Source: an uncultured bacterium (GTDB lineage Bacteria; SAR324; NAC60-12). From it: 64,000 nucleotides of DNA. The position numbers and the translations under genes were made by a program. Under the pieces are notes generated by a model. That model did no database searches. It saw only the letters and a program-made list of their open reading frames with translations, and was not told the DNA's origin. Positions 49,934 to 59,224 of this stretch are shown here, piece by piece. The stretch is taken from assembly GCA_965662235.1 (NCBI GenBank), contig CBFIGY010000009.1, positions 1 to 64,000 on the forward strand, read 5' to 3'. Every line of letters starts with the position of its first letter. Within the stretch, counting starts at the first letter, position 1.

Positions 49934-50659
49934 ATGCTTTTTCGCGATCCTCTGGTGCGTCCCCTTCCTGCTTCATCTTGCGCCTCGTGGCTTACGGTCC
50001 GCCGCATCGCGTTGGTGCTGTTGGGAGGCCTCCTGCAGCCATTGCCCGCACAGGCCTTGACCTGGGACCTTGGCGTCAGTGTGCCCTACCTTTCCGGACG
50101 GATGCAGCAGTTTCTGCCCCTTTCCCTTGAGCTCGGGCTCACCAGCGTCAAGGGCTACGGCGTGGGTTACAACGTCCTCACCTCCGGAAGTGACGAAACG
50201 CTGCAGCCTCAAACTGAGACCACAGGCACCGACACGTATGAGTCTGAGCTGACCCTCCAAAGCGGCACCCTTGAGCTGTACTACCGCTTTGAGCAGTACG
50301 TCCACCGCTGGGACGTGGGAGTGCTGCGGCAGGCCACCCAGTATGAAGTGGTCCAGACCCGGACGACTCTTGGAGCGAGCCTTTCTGAAGAGCAGACCGC
50401 GACCCTTGAGGTCACCTACCTCGGTCCCTTTGTGCAGTACTCCAACACCTGGATCGGCTACGATGAGCAAGACGCCTACTACGCTCTGCAGCTGGCGTGG
50501 CTCTCCCGGAGCACCCCTCTGACAGAAACCCCGTTCCGCTTTGACCCCACGCAGGATTCCACCTGGCAGGCACAGCAGGCGTCGTATCAGCAATTTGTCG
50601 TTGACCACAACCCCGAGTCCTCGGTGTTGCTGGCTCTCACCATCGGGTGGCGTCTATGA
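49934..50659 (+). CDS. Hypothetical exported protein, outer-membrane beta-barrel-like
   Basis: Signal peptide ending AQA, amphipathic Tyr/Thr-rich strands, C-terminal LALTIGWRL. Exact start uncertain. Confidence 0.65.
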   Translation: MLFRDPLVRPLPASSCASWLTVRRIALVLLGGLLQPLPAQALTWDLGVSVPYLSGRMQQFLPLSLELGLTSVKGYGVGYNVLTSGSDETLQPQTETTGTDTYESELTLQSGTLELYYRFEQYVHRWDVGVLRQATQYEVVQTRTTLGASLSEEQTATLEVTYLGPFVQYSNTWIGYDEQDAYYALQLAWLSRSTPLTETPFRFDPTQDSTWQAQQASYQQFVVDHNPESSVLLALTIGWRL

Positions 50660-51231
50660 TGAATCGCTTGTGGAAACTCCTTTTGCTGCTTGGGTTGATG
50701 GCCGGGTGCAGCGACCAAGTGGTTACGGTCCACGACCTCCCGGCCAAACCGGTTCCCATCCGCTCCGGGTACACGGTGCTCTACTGCGAGTGCCTGGACC
50801 ACCCCCTTCAGCAGCAGCTGATTCAGGAGCTGAAGGCCCAGGGAATTCCGGTCCGAGGAGTGCCCCAACTGGAAGCCTTTCAGCAGGAAGCCCCCGGACG
50901 GTACTACGTGCTCTTTGGGTTCAGCCGAGAAGTCACTGGACGCCCCCGGACATACCCGGTCACCCGACTGGAAAGCCGCTCTGAGTCCGGAAGCTGCGGA
51001 GACGGCTGTACCTGGAGCCGCAGCTGGAATGAGCTGGTCCGGGACACGGCACAGACGGACGGACAGGCTCGGCATGAAAGCGTCCTCCTGTACCGCATTG
51101 ATGAAGAAACAGAACTGGTCCTGGCCCTCAATGCCGGGGAACGTTACGCCCTGAGGCTTCAGGCCAAGGGAGAAACCGGGGCAGACACCAGCACGGTTGA
51201 GGAGAAGCGGGCCTATGAAATCACTCGTTAG
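50656..51231 (+). CDS. Hypothetical lipoprotein
   Basis: ATGA overlap with the upstream gene; lipobox LLGLMAGC. Confidence 0.75.
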   Translation: MMNRLWKLLLLLGLMAGCSDQVVTVHDLPAKPVPIRSGYTVLYCECLDHPLQQQLIQELKAQGIPVRGVPQLEAFQQEAPGRYYVLFGFSREVTGRPRTYPVTRLESRSESGSCGDGCTWSRSWNELVRDTAQTDGQARHESVLLYRIDEETELVLALNAGERYALRLQAKGETGADTSTVEEKRAYEITR

Positions 51232-52228
51232 TGGCCTGCTGCTGCTCGCCCTGAGCGGGTGCAGCACGCACTACGTTGAAATCCAACGGACGGTGTCCAA
51301 TGACCCGACGTTCGCGCGGACACAGGTTTTGGTTGTGGAGGTCGTCACGGAGCCTGCCGACTTTGCGGAGCTGTCCATTGCGCCTCAGTCAGGACAGGTC
51401 GTCCGGTCGGGACAGCTTCCTCTGGATTCCGAAGTCGTGGCAACCGCACTTGCCGAAACGCTTTCCTTCAATGGCAAGTCCGTCCTCACCCGGTCTGAGT
51501 ATGAGCGCATCCGTTCCGGACTGGAGAAACTCCGTCCGGCTTCCGGCTTCCGCAGCCCTGCGATTGATGCCCTCATCCGTCTTCACGTCCGAGTCGGCCT
51601 GCAAACGGGAGCCTATCAGCAGGAGTCCGTGGTCGGCTTCTACCGTCGCGCCCGCCGGTGCCAGTACCTCAAAAATCCACCTCCGGAGTATCAGGCCTGC
51701 CAAGAGACCGAAAACACAGCCTGGGATGAAATTCGGGTCACCAGCGATGCACAGGGCTGGGCCGCGCTGGGCTACAGTGGTGAAATCTTCCTCAATGAGA
51801 AGGATGAGTTTCGCCTACACCGGAGCCTGAGCGGATCCGGAATCCTTGATGCCCCCTATGAAGATGAGCAGGCCCTGGCACAGAAAGTGGCCAGTGGTCT
51901 GGGACGCCTGATTTCCAATGAGATGGGCGCCTTGACCCTCAAGCTGAGGTTGGAGATTGACGAGGGCAACCATTCGGAAGCGATTGACCTGCTCAAGGAG
52001 GGGAAGCTCGAAGAGGCCCGTGCAGTGCTGGAAGACGCCGTTGCCGACCCGCTGTTTCAGTCCTCAACCGACTACTACAACCTCGGACTGATTTACCACG
52101 CGTATGGCGACCGGGTGGTCGCTGCCGACTACTACGGAAAGGCGATTGCCGCAGGAGGCTACAAGCGCCGGTACGTCGACGCCCTCCGGAACCTGAAGGC
52201 CCTGGATGCAGAAACCACTCTGGATTAA
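51215..52228 (+). CDS. Hypothetical lipoprotein with C-terminal TPR
   Basis: Lipobox LALSGC; TPR-like YYNLGLIYHAYGDRVVAADYYGKAI. Confidence 0.8.
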   Translation: MKSLVSGLLLLALSGCSTHYVEIQRTVSNDPTFARTQVLVVEVVTEPADFAELSIAPQSGQVVRSGQLPLDSEVVATALAETLSFNGKSVLTRSEYERIRSGLEKLRPASGFRSPAIDALIRLHVRVGLQTGAYQQESVVGFYRRARRCQYLKNPPPEYQACQETENTAWDEIRVTSDAQGWAALGYSGEIFLNEKDEFRLHRSLSGSGILDAPYEDEQALAQKVASGLGRLISNEMGALTLKLRLEIDEGNHSEAIDLLKEGKLEEARAVLEDAVADPLFQSSTDYYNLGLIYHAYGDRVVAADYYGKAIAAGGYKRRYVDALRNLKALDAETTLD

Positions 52229-53078
52229 TGCCACCCTCGGGTTGCTCCTCATGGGGTGCAGCACCACCACCGAGCTGAAAACCACCTTGGAGTTCCCTCC
52301 GGCTCAGCGACTGACCCACAAGCCTGTGCTGGTGGAGCCTGTCGATTCGGCCTCAGAACCTGCTGCGGATGCCGCCCGCCAGTTGCTGCAGGCGAACGGA
52401 TACGTCATCCGTCAGGACACCCAGGTGACCGGAGCGCTGCTGCAGGCGTTTGGCCGCAACCAGGTTCAGCCCACTGGAGATTCGGCGTTGCTGAAGGTTC
52501 AGGCGCAGGTTTCACCACCGTCCCACACCTTCCGGAATCGCACCGAGTCGGTGTCCCTTAAGTCCTGCAACTACCTGCGGGAACGCAACCCCTGCTCCTA
52601 CCGAGACGCGTCCCGGAACGTTGTTGTCACTGCAGTCACCCAGACGGGTCAGCTAACCCTGACGCTGGAAGAGGCTGGACAGGAGCCTCAAACCCTGACC
52701 ACGGCTTTCACGGCTTCCACCAGCGGAGTGCTTCCGGCGCTGCCCACCAGTCAAGTGACCGAGCAGACGGAGCAAGCGCTTCAGCAACTGCTGCAACCGT
52801 ACCTCGGTCGGCAAGAAGTCGTTGCCACCGGAATCGAACCGGACCGTCTTGCAGTGGACATGATTGAGCTGGGCCTCTACGAGGCTGCCATCGAGCGGCT
52901 GCAGGGCCACGAATCCGATGAGTCCATCCGGCTGTACGCCCTCGGTTACATCGAGGAACGCCGCGGCAACCCCTCCGGAGCCATCATGTACTACCGAGAC
53001 GGCGCTCAGCGGGGTGAGCATGAAGCCCTGTTTGATGCTGCCATCGAGCGGGTGGAACAGGCCCGGCGCCGTCCCTGA
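52206..53078 (+). CDS. Hypothetical lipoprotein with C-terminal TPR-like helices
   Basis: Lipobox LLLMGC; LYALGYIEERRGNPSGAIMYYRDGA. Confidence 0.78.
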   Translation: MQKPLWINATLGLLLMGCSTTTELKTTLEFPPAQRLTHKPVLVEPVDSASEPAADAARQLLQANGYVIRQDTQVTGALLQAFGRNQVQPTGDSALLKVQAQVSPPSHTFRNRTESVSLKSCNYLRERNPCSYRDASRNVVVTAVTQTGQLTLTLEEAGQEPQTLTTAFTASTSGVLPALPTSQVTEQTEQALQQLLQPYLGRQEVVATGIEPDRLAVDMIELGLYEAAIERLQGHESDESIRLYALGYIEERRGNPSGAIMYYRDGAQRGEHEALFDAAIERVEQARRRP

Positions 53079-53081
53079 CCC

Positions 53082-56000
53082 TCATTCCAACTCTCCCTGC
53101 ACCTCCACCAACGCCGCTTCCAGCGCGTCCAAGGTCGCCGGATCCGCTTCGCTCCACAGGTCCCGTTCATGAGCCTCCAGCAGCCGCTGAGCGGCATCCC
53201 GGAGGGCCAACGGATTGTGTTCTCGGAAGAACTGCTGCTGCTCCGGATCGAGCAACAGCTTCTGAGCGACCTCTTCATACTGGTAATCCGCCACAATGTC
53301 GCAGGTGGCATCGTAGCCAAACAGGTAATCGACCGTCGCAGCCATCTCAAAGGCCCCCTTGTACCCGTGCTCGCGCATGCCGTTGATCCACTTGGGATTG
53401 AGCACACGGCTCCGGAAGACGCGGTTGAACTCCTCCTGCAGGGTGCGGATGCGGATCTTCTCCGGATTGGCAGAGTCACCGTGATAGGTCACCGGGGCCT
53501 GGCCACGGAGGTGCTCAACCGCAGCGTGCAGACCTCCTTGAAACTGGAAGTAGTCATCTGAGTCCAACAGGTCGTGCTCCCGGTTGTCCTGGTTCTGGTG
53601 GACAATTTCAACCGTCGAGAGGCGGTTGCGCAGCAGGTCGATTTCTTCGCTGCTGGAGCCGTCGGCCCGGTAGGCATGTCCCCCCCACTTGAGGAACACG
53701 TCCGTCAGGTCCTGGCGAGATTCCCAGTTTCCGGCATCAATCAACGGAAGCAGGCCCGTGCCATAGCACCCGGGTCCCGAACTGAAGACCCGAAGCTCGG
53801 CCAACTGCGCCGCAGCTTCTGTCGGATAGCCCTGCTGCTGAAGCTGCTGCTGATCAGCCATCCAGGCCGCCCGGATGGGGTTCAGCTCCTCCGGCTCCTC
53901 CAGCGCCGCAAGCCGCTTCGGAATCGTGGAAAGCAAGCGCATCGCGTCCCCAAAGGCATCTCGGAACATGCCGGACACCCGCAGCACCACATCTACCCGA
54001 GGACGTCCCAACACGGCCGCTGGGATGATCTCAAAGTCCACCACCCGTCCGGAAATCGGTTCCCACACTGGTTCGCACCCCCACAGCCACAGGGCCTGGG
54101 CCAGGTCGTCTCCACCGGTCCGCATGTTGGATGTGCCCCAGATCACCAGCGCCAGCGTCCGGGGCCACTCGCCATGATCAGCCCGGTAGCGCTCTAGCAG
54201 TCCTTCGGCCAACGCCTTCCCGCACCGCCACGAGGTGGGGGTGGGGATGACACGGGGATCCACGGAGTAGAAGTTCCGTCCGGTCGGCAACACATCCAGC
54301 CGCCCACGCGTTGGGGCTCCAGAGGGTCCGGGGGTGAGGAACTTTCCAGCAAGTCCATCCAGCAGCCGCTGCGGTTCCAAAACGCACCGTTCCAGCCGAG
54401 GCAGCACCGTTTCGTGAAGCCACCGTCGCAGCAGCTGCAGGGCTTCATGCTCCGGAAGGGCCTCCGGTAGAGGGGCTTCGGGCCCCCACCCGATCTCTTG
54501 GGCAATCCATGCGCGCGCCTGCTGCTCCACCTGGTCCCGCTCCGCCCGGGGAAGTTCGTCCACATCAAAGTCAGCAGGCCGCTGCAGCAACGCCTGAAGC
54601 AGCCCGGGCCGTTCCAGTGATGACATCCGGAGGAGGCTGAGGAGGAAGTCGATGCGGCGTTCCCCCTGCGGAACCTCGCCAAAGATGTGCAAACCGGAGC
54701 GGATCTGGCTTTCCTTGAGGTCACAGAGGTAGTTGCTGAGCGCGTTGAGCCAGTCGTCTTCTTCCGGAAGCTCGGCCCGCCAGGGGGCTTCTTCCAGCAG
54801 GTGCTCAATCTCATGCTCCAGCTCATGCGCCCGTTCCGGATAGAGCGTCTCACAGTGAGCATGCTCCTCCAGCAGACGTTCCACCCGGTCCAAGTCGTCA
54901 TACAAACCGGCACGGGTGAGCGGAGGCGTGAGGTGGTCCACAATCACCGCTGACGTCCGACGCTTGGCCTGCGTGCCCTCTCCGGGGTCATTCACAATGA
55001 ACGGGTAGAGGTGCGGAACCGGCCCCAGCACCGCCTGAGGAAAGTCATCCGGCCCCAGCGCAACGCTTCGGCCAGGGAGCCACTCTAGGTTGCCATGCTT
55101 GCCAAAGTGAATCAGGGCCTGAGCGCCAAACACCTCCCGGATCCACTGGTAAAATGCGAGGTAATGCGGCGGTGGCGCCAGCTCGGGATCGTGGTAGATG
55201 GCCTGCGTCTGCAGCCCAAACCCTCGTTGGGGCTGGATGCCGATGAAGACGTTTCCCAGCTGCAGGCCGGCGACCGGGATCAGCTCTTCTGAATCCGGAG
55301 GCAGCGCCTCCGGCCACTGACGCCGCAAGCGGTTCTGCAGGGAGTCCGGAAGGGTCTGCAGGTGCCGATGAAAGGCCTGCCCAGAGAGCCCCTGTGCCAC
55401 AGGGTGTCCGTAGCTCTGTTCCTCATCGTTGGTGATCCCGGCCTGCAGCTGCCGGATCAGCTCATCGCCACTCTCCGGAGGCGTGCCCACGTCGTATCCG
55501 GCAGCCTGCAGGCGCTCCAGAAACCGGTGAACGCTGGCTGGCGTGTCCAGCCCCACGCCGTTTCCGAGCCGACTGTCTCGGTTGGGGTAGTTCGCCAGAA
55601 TGATCGCCAGACGCTTCTCTGCGTTGGCTTGACGACGCAGCCGGACCCAGTTTGCAGCCAACGCGGCTACATACGTCACCTGCGGGGCATCCGGAACCAC
55701 GGCCTTGGCTTGAAACTCCAACTCGGTGTGCGCCTCCTGCACCTCCTTGAAGCCCACCACGGTGGTGAGCACACGCCCATCGGTCTCAGGAAGCGCCACG
55801 GACATTGCCACATTGGAAGGCGTCAGCCCCCGGGGGTTCTGCTCCCACGCTTCTCGGTTCTCTGTGGAGGCAATGACCTGCAGCACCGGGCACCCCAAGG
55901 TTTCCAGAAACGAGACCCGCTCATCAAGCCGCCCAATGGAAAAGCTCTGGAGCGTCAGGACCACATCTGGAGGCTCCTGCTCCGCCCGCTGCAAGAGGGC

Positions 56001-56177
56001 CTCCTGTGCCTCCGGCTCGCGGAGGGAATAGGCATAAAATGCGGAAACCTCGAGGCCATGCGCCCTCAGAGCTGCAGCCAGGGCGTCTACCACTGCCAGG
56101 TCTCCGGTTTGGTGCCAGGCCCGGTAAAACGTAATCCACACCCGCCCGGAGGACGCGCTGGACGAAAAAGCAGTCAT
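53082..56177 (-). CDS. cobN: Cobaltochelatase large subunit CobN (short N-terminus)
   Basis: ALPETDG, GNGVGLDTPAS, HFGKHGNLEWLPG, NDPGEGTQAKRR, LPTGRNFY, REHGYKGAFEM. Confidence 0.93.
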   Translation of the reverse strand: MTAFSSSASSGRVWITFYRAWHQTGDLAVVDALAAALRAHGLEVSAFYAYSLREPEAQEALLQRAEQEPPDVVLTLQSFSIGRLDERVSFLETLGCPVLQVIASTENREAWEQNPRGLTPSNVAMSVALPETDGRVLTTVVGFKEVQEAHTELEFQAKAVVPDAPQVTYVAALAANWVRLRRQANAEKRLAIILANYPNRDSRLGNGVGLDTPASVHRFLERLQAAGYDVGTPPESGDELIRQLQAGITNDEEQSYGHPVAQGLSGQAFHRHLQTLPDSLQNRLRRQWPEALPPDSEELIPVAGLQLGNVFIGIQPQRGFGLQTQAIYHDPELAPPPHYLAFYQWIREVFGAQALIHFGKHGNLEWLPGRSVALGPDDFPQAVLGPVPHLYPFIVNDPGEGTQAKRRTSAVIVDHLTPPLTRAGLYDDLDRVERLLEEHAHCETLYPERAHELEHEIEHLLEEAPWRAELPEEDDWLNALSNYLCDLKESQIRSGLHIFGEVPQGERRIDFLLSLLRMSSLERPGLLQALLQRPADFDVDELPRAERDQVEQQARAWIAQEIGWGPEAPLPEALPEHEALQLLRRWLHETVLPRLERCVLEPQRLLDGLAGKFLTPGPSGAPTRGRLDVLPTGRNFYSVDPRVIPTPTSWRCGKALAEGLLERYRADHGEWPRTLALVIWGTSNMRTGGDDLAQALWLWGCEPVWEPISGRVVDFEIIPAAVLGRPRVDVVLRVSGMFRDAFGDAMRLLSTIPKRLAALEEPEELNPIRAAWMADQQQLQQQGYPTEAAAQLAELRVFSSGPGCYGTGLLPLIDAGNWESRQDLTDVFLKWGGHAYRADGSSSEEIDLLRNRLSTVEIVHQNQDNREHDLLDSDDYFQFQGGLHAAVEHLRGQAPVTYHGDSANPEKIRIRTLQEEFNRVFRSRVLNPKWINGMREHGYKGAFEMAATVDYLFGYDATCDIVADYQYEEVAQKLLLDPEQQQFFREHNPLALRDAAQRLLEAHERDLWSEADPATLDALEAALVEVQGELE

Positions 56178-56269
56178 GCGAAATCAAGGTAAAAAGGGAA
56201 TCAGACGATGCGGGAGCCCGCCAGCAAGACGGGCCTGTTCGAGAGCTTTACGGATGGCAGGGGTGAGAG

Positions 56270-57145
56270 TCAATCTGCAAAAAAAGCAAGCAGCTCCTGA
56301 GTAACGGCTTCCGGAGCTTCTTCTGGGAGAAAGTGCCCGCAGGGAAGGGCACGTCCCGAGACCATCCGGGCGCGGGCCTGCCACACGGCAAGGACGTCGT
56401 ACTTACGGTGCACAAACCCTTGGTCCCCCCAGAGCACCTGCAGCGGACACTCCACCAGGCGATCCTGGTCAGCAGCATCATGCACCAGGTCAATGCTGGC
56501 CGCCGCCCGGTAGTCTTCACAGGAGCCGTGCAGGGCTTCCGGGGTCCGGAAACAACGGATGTACTCCTGCACCGCCGCCTCGTCAAAAGTTGCCTCCGGA
56601 CCACTCCAGCGCTTCAGCTTTTCCCGCAGGTAGTACTCCGGGTCGGCGCCAATCAGCCGTTCGGGAAGGGGAAAGGGCTGGATGAGGAAAAACCAGTGGT
56701 AGTAGCTGGTGGCAAATTCCTGATCGGTGCTCTGAAACATCTGGTAGGTGGGCGCAATGTCCATGACACAGGCCTTCTGCACCCGCTGCGGATGGTCCAG
56801 CGCCAGCCGGTGCGTCACCCGGGCGCCCCGGTCGTGCCCGGCGACAGCAAATGTGGAGTACCCCAGAGCCTGCATGACCTCCACACAGTCCTGTGCCATT
56901 GCCCGTTTGGAGTAGTTGGCGTGGTCGTCAGTTCCCGGGGGTTTCGAGCTGTCGCCATACCCACGGAGGTCCGGACAGATGACGTGAAAGTGGTTCTGCA
57001 GAGCAGGCGCCACCTGGTGCCAGAGGACGTGCGTCTGGGGGTAGCCATGCAGCAACAGCAGCGGCGGTCCCGTTCCTCCGTGCCGCAGGTGGATCTCGGC
57101 TCCGGAGGTGGACACCCGTTGGGTTTCAAAACCGGAATCAAACAT
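56270..57145 (-). CDS. Haloacetate (fluoroacetate) dehalogenase-family alpha/beta hydrolase
   Basis: LHGYPQT, GHDRGARV, MDIAPT, YYHWFFL, CEDYRA, GHFLPEE. Confidence 0.88.
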   Translation of the reverse strand: MFDSGFETQRVSTSGAEIHLRHGGTGPPLLLLHGYPQTHVLWHQVAPALQNHFHVICPDLRGYGDSSKPPGTDDHANYSKRAMAQDCVEVMQALGYSTFAVAGHDRGARVTHRLALDHPQRVQKACVMDIAPTYQMFQSTDQEFATSYYHWFFLIQPFPLPERLIGADPEYYLREKLKRWSGPEATFDEAAVQEYIRCFRTPEALHGSCEDYRAAASIDLVHDAADQDRLVECPLQVLWGDQGFVHRKYDVLAVWQARARMVSGRALPCGHFLPEEAPEAVTQELLAFFAD

Positions 57146-57284
57146 GAAAGGACCTCCTCAGAAAAAAGCAACTCAGGCGCTTGGTCAACACGGGAGGCAG
57201 TGTACCGAGAGCAGGAAGGGCAATCAAGTGCTCGCTCCAGAGTCGGTGAGAGCGGAGGAGCGAACGGTGGATTCGGTGCGGGTT

Positions 57285-58307
57285 TCAGGGAGTGGGGGCG
57301 TCTGGGCGCAGCAGTCCTTCATGCCGAAGCTCCTCCCAGAAGTCAGCGGGGAGAGCAACATCAAGCAGCTGCCGGTTTTCCTGAACCTGCTCCGGCGTGA
57401 AGGCCCCGGGGATGATGGACGCTACCAGCGGGTGCCCAAGGGGAAACTGAAGCGCGGCCGCTTTGAGGGGGACCTGATGGCGGTCGCACACGGACTGGAT
57501 GCGCTGCACCTTGTCCCGAGCCTCGGCAGAGGCGGGAGCGTAAAAGTACTTGGCCTCTGGAACCGGACCAGTCGCCAGGATCCCGGACGCATACGGGGCT
57601 CCAACGACCACCCCAACGCCATGCCGTTCACAGGCGGGGAATTCCCGATCCAGCACCCCCTGATCCATCAACGTGTACGGCATGGCCACCAAGAAGAAAT
57701 CGAACGGAATGTGGTCCAGGAACCGGAGCATCATTGCCTCTTCATTGATGCCCACCCCAATGGCCTGCACCTCTCCGGAACGCTTCAGCTCATCCAGCGC
57801 CTTCCAACCACTTTCCAACTCCTGGAGCTTGCGCGCCACGTGGGCCTCTGTCCGATGGTAGCCAAAATCCAGGTCATGGATCACCAACGCCTGCACCTGG
57901 TTCACTCCTAGGCGCAAGAGGCTGTCTTCATACGACCGCATGATGCCATCGTAGGTATAATCGAACCGTAGGGTAAAGGGCAGTCCACCGGCCCAAGGTT
58001 GACGCGGCGCGTGGTCGGGATGCCCCCGGAAGCGGGAATAAACGCGTCCCACCTTCGTGGAACAGAGGAAGCTGCCGGGCTCCTGCTGCCGGAGCCAGTG
58101 ACCGATGCGGTGCTCACTGAGTCCATGCCCGTACCAAGGAGCGGTGTCAAAGTAGCGGATCCCGGACTCCCAGGCCGCCTGCAGGGTTGCTTGAGCCTGT
58201 GCCTCCGGGAGACGCTGAAAGAGTTCCCCCAGCGGAGCCCCTCCCAGTCCCAAGGCCGGGAGTTCCAATCCAGAAGTCCCCAGGGGACGCGTGGGTAGAG
58301 GCTTCAT
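57285..58307 (-). CDS. Aldo/keto reductase (D-threo-aldose 1-dehydrogenase-like)
   Basis: GLGGAPLG, YFDTAPWYGHGLSE, STKVGR, FDYTYDG, IHD. Confidence 0.88.
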   Translation of the reverse strand: MKPLPTRPLGTSGLELPALGLGGAPLGELFQRLPEAQAQATLQAAWESGIRYFDTAPWYGHGLSEHRIGHWLRQQEPGSFLCSTKVGRVYSRFRGHPDHAPRQPWAGGLPFTLRFDYTYDGIMRSYEDSLLRLGVNQVQALVIHDLDFGYHRTEAHVARKLQELESGWKALDELKRSGEVQAIGVGINEEAMMLRFLDHIPFDFFLVAMPYTLMDQGVLDREFPACERHGVGVVVGAPYASGILATGPVPEAKYFYAPASAEARDKVQRIQSVCDRHQVPLKAAALQFPLGHPLVASIIPGAFTPEQVQENRQLLDVALPADFWEELRHEGLLRPDAPTP

Positions 58308-59224
58308 GACGTCGCTCCGTAAATCCGCCGGGCGTTGCCGGCAAACAGCGCCTGCTGCTCTTCAGGAGAGTAGGCGTCGGCCAGGTTCCGGAATCCCTCA
58401 AACAGCCGAGGCGCGGGCCAACCGTCCTTGAGGTCCACCGGAAAGTTCGAGGCAAAGCAGCACCGCTCCACGCCAAACAGCTCAATGAGCTGATGCACCA
58501 GCGGCGGCACTGGCGAGTTCGGGGCATCCCAATTCGGATCCGGATAAGCCAGCATGGAAAGCTTCAACGAGACCTGTGGTAACGCCGCCAGCGCCTTCAT
58601 TCCAGACCAGTAGGCGTCACGGTTTTCCAGATCGTGAGCCGTTGGGCACCCCAGGTGATTGAGGATCACCGGAACCTCCGGATGCTGAGCCAGAAAAGCG
58701 GCCGCTGCTGCAAACTGATGGGGGTTGAGCTGAAGGTCAAAAGAAAGCCCCAGCGCTCCGAGGCAGGCAAAACCCGCCCGCCACTCCGGATGCTCCAGCA
58801 GGTTGCCGAGTCGTTCATTCCGCGGCCACGAAGGCTCATGGTTGAGGATCTGACGGATGCCCACCACTCCGGGATACTGCTTCAGCTGATGCAGCACCGA
58901 ACGGATCCGAGGCGACTCCAGAGGCGCCGTTGGGACCAACCGGTACGGTCGAGGCGAGCGTTCCAGCTGCTGCGACACCCACCACGCTTCAGCCACACAA
59001 GCAGACTCATAGGGCCAGCCATCTTCCGGAAGGTGACAGACACTGACCACCTCCACAAAGGCTCCACCGGTGTGCTCGAGTCCTGCAGAAGCCAGGTCCG
59101 TTTCATAGGCGGCCAGATCGTACACCGATTGCCCCCGCACCGCAAAGAGGACGCGGCCATCCTGCCCACTGGAGGTCCGGGGAGAAACATCCCAGATGTG
59201 AAAGTGCGGATCCCAAAACTCCAT
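58304..59224 (-). CDS. Amidohydrolase, sugar lactonase type (L-rhamnono/L-fucono-lactonase-like)
   Basis: DPHFHIWD, GIRQILN, LSFDLQL, ILNHLG, FASNFPVD; adjacent to the dehydratase. Confidence 0.82.
   Translation of the reverse strand: MEFWDPHFHIWDVSPRTSSGQDGRVLFAVRGQSVYDLAAYETDLASAGLEHTGGAFVEVVSVCHLPEDGWPYESACVAEAWWVSQQLERSPRPYRLVPTAPLESPRIRSVLHQLKQYPGVVGIRQILNHEPSWPRNERLGNLLEHPEWRAGFACLGALGLSFDLQLNPHQFAAAAAFLAQHPEVPVILNHLGCPTAHDLENRDAYWSGMKALAALPQVSLKLSMLAYPDPNWDAPNSPVPPLVHQLIELFGVERCCFASNFPVDLKDGWPAPRLFEGFRNLADAYSPEEQQALFAGNARRIYGATS

Noticed and set aside
56178..56269. Cobalamin riboswitch or frameshifted 5' part of cobN
   Set aside because: The gap is only 92 bp, with no B12-box-like sequence and no room for the missing domain.
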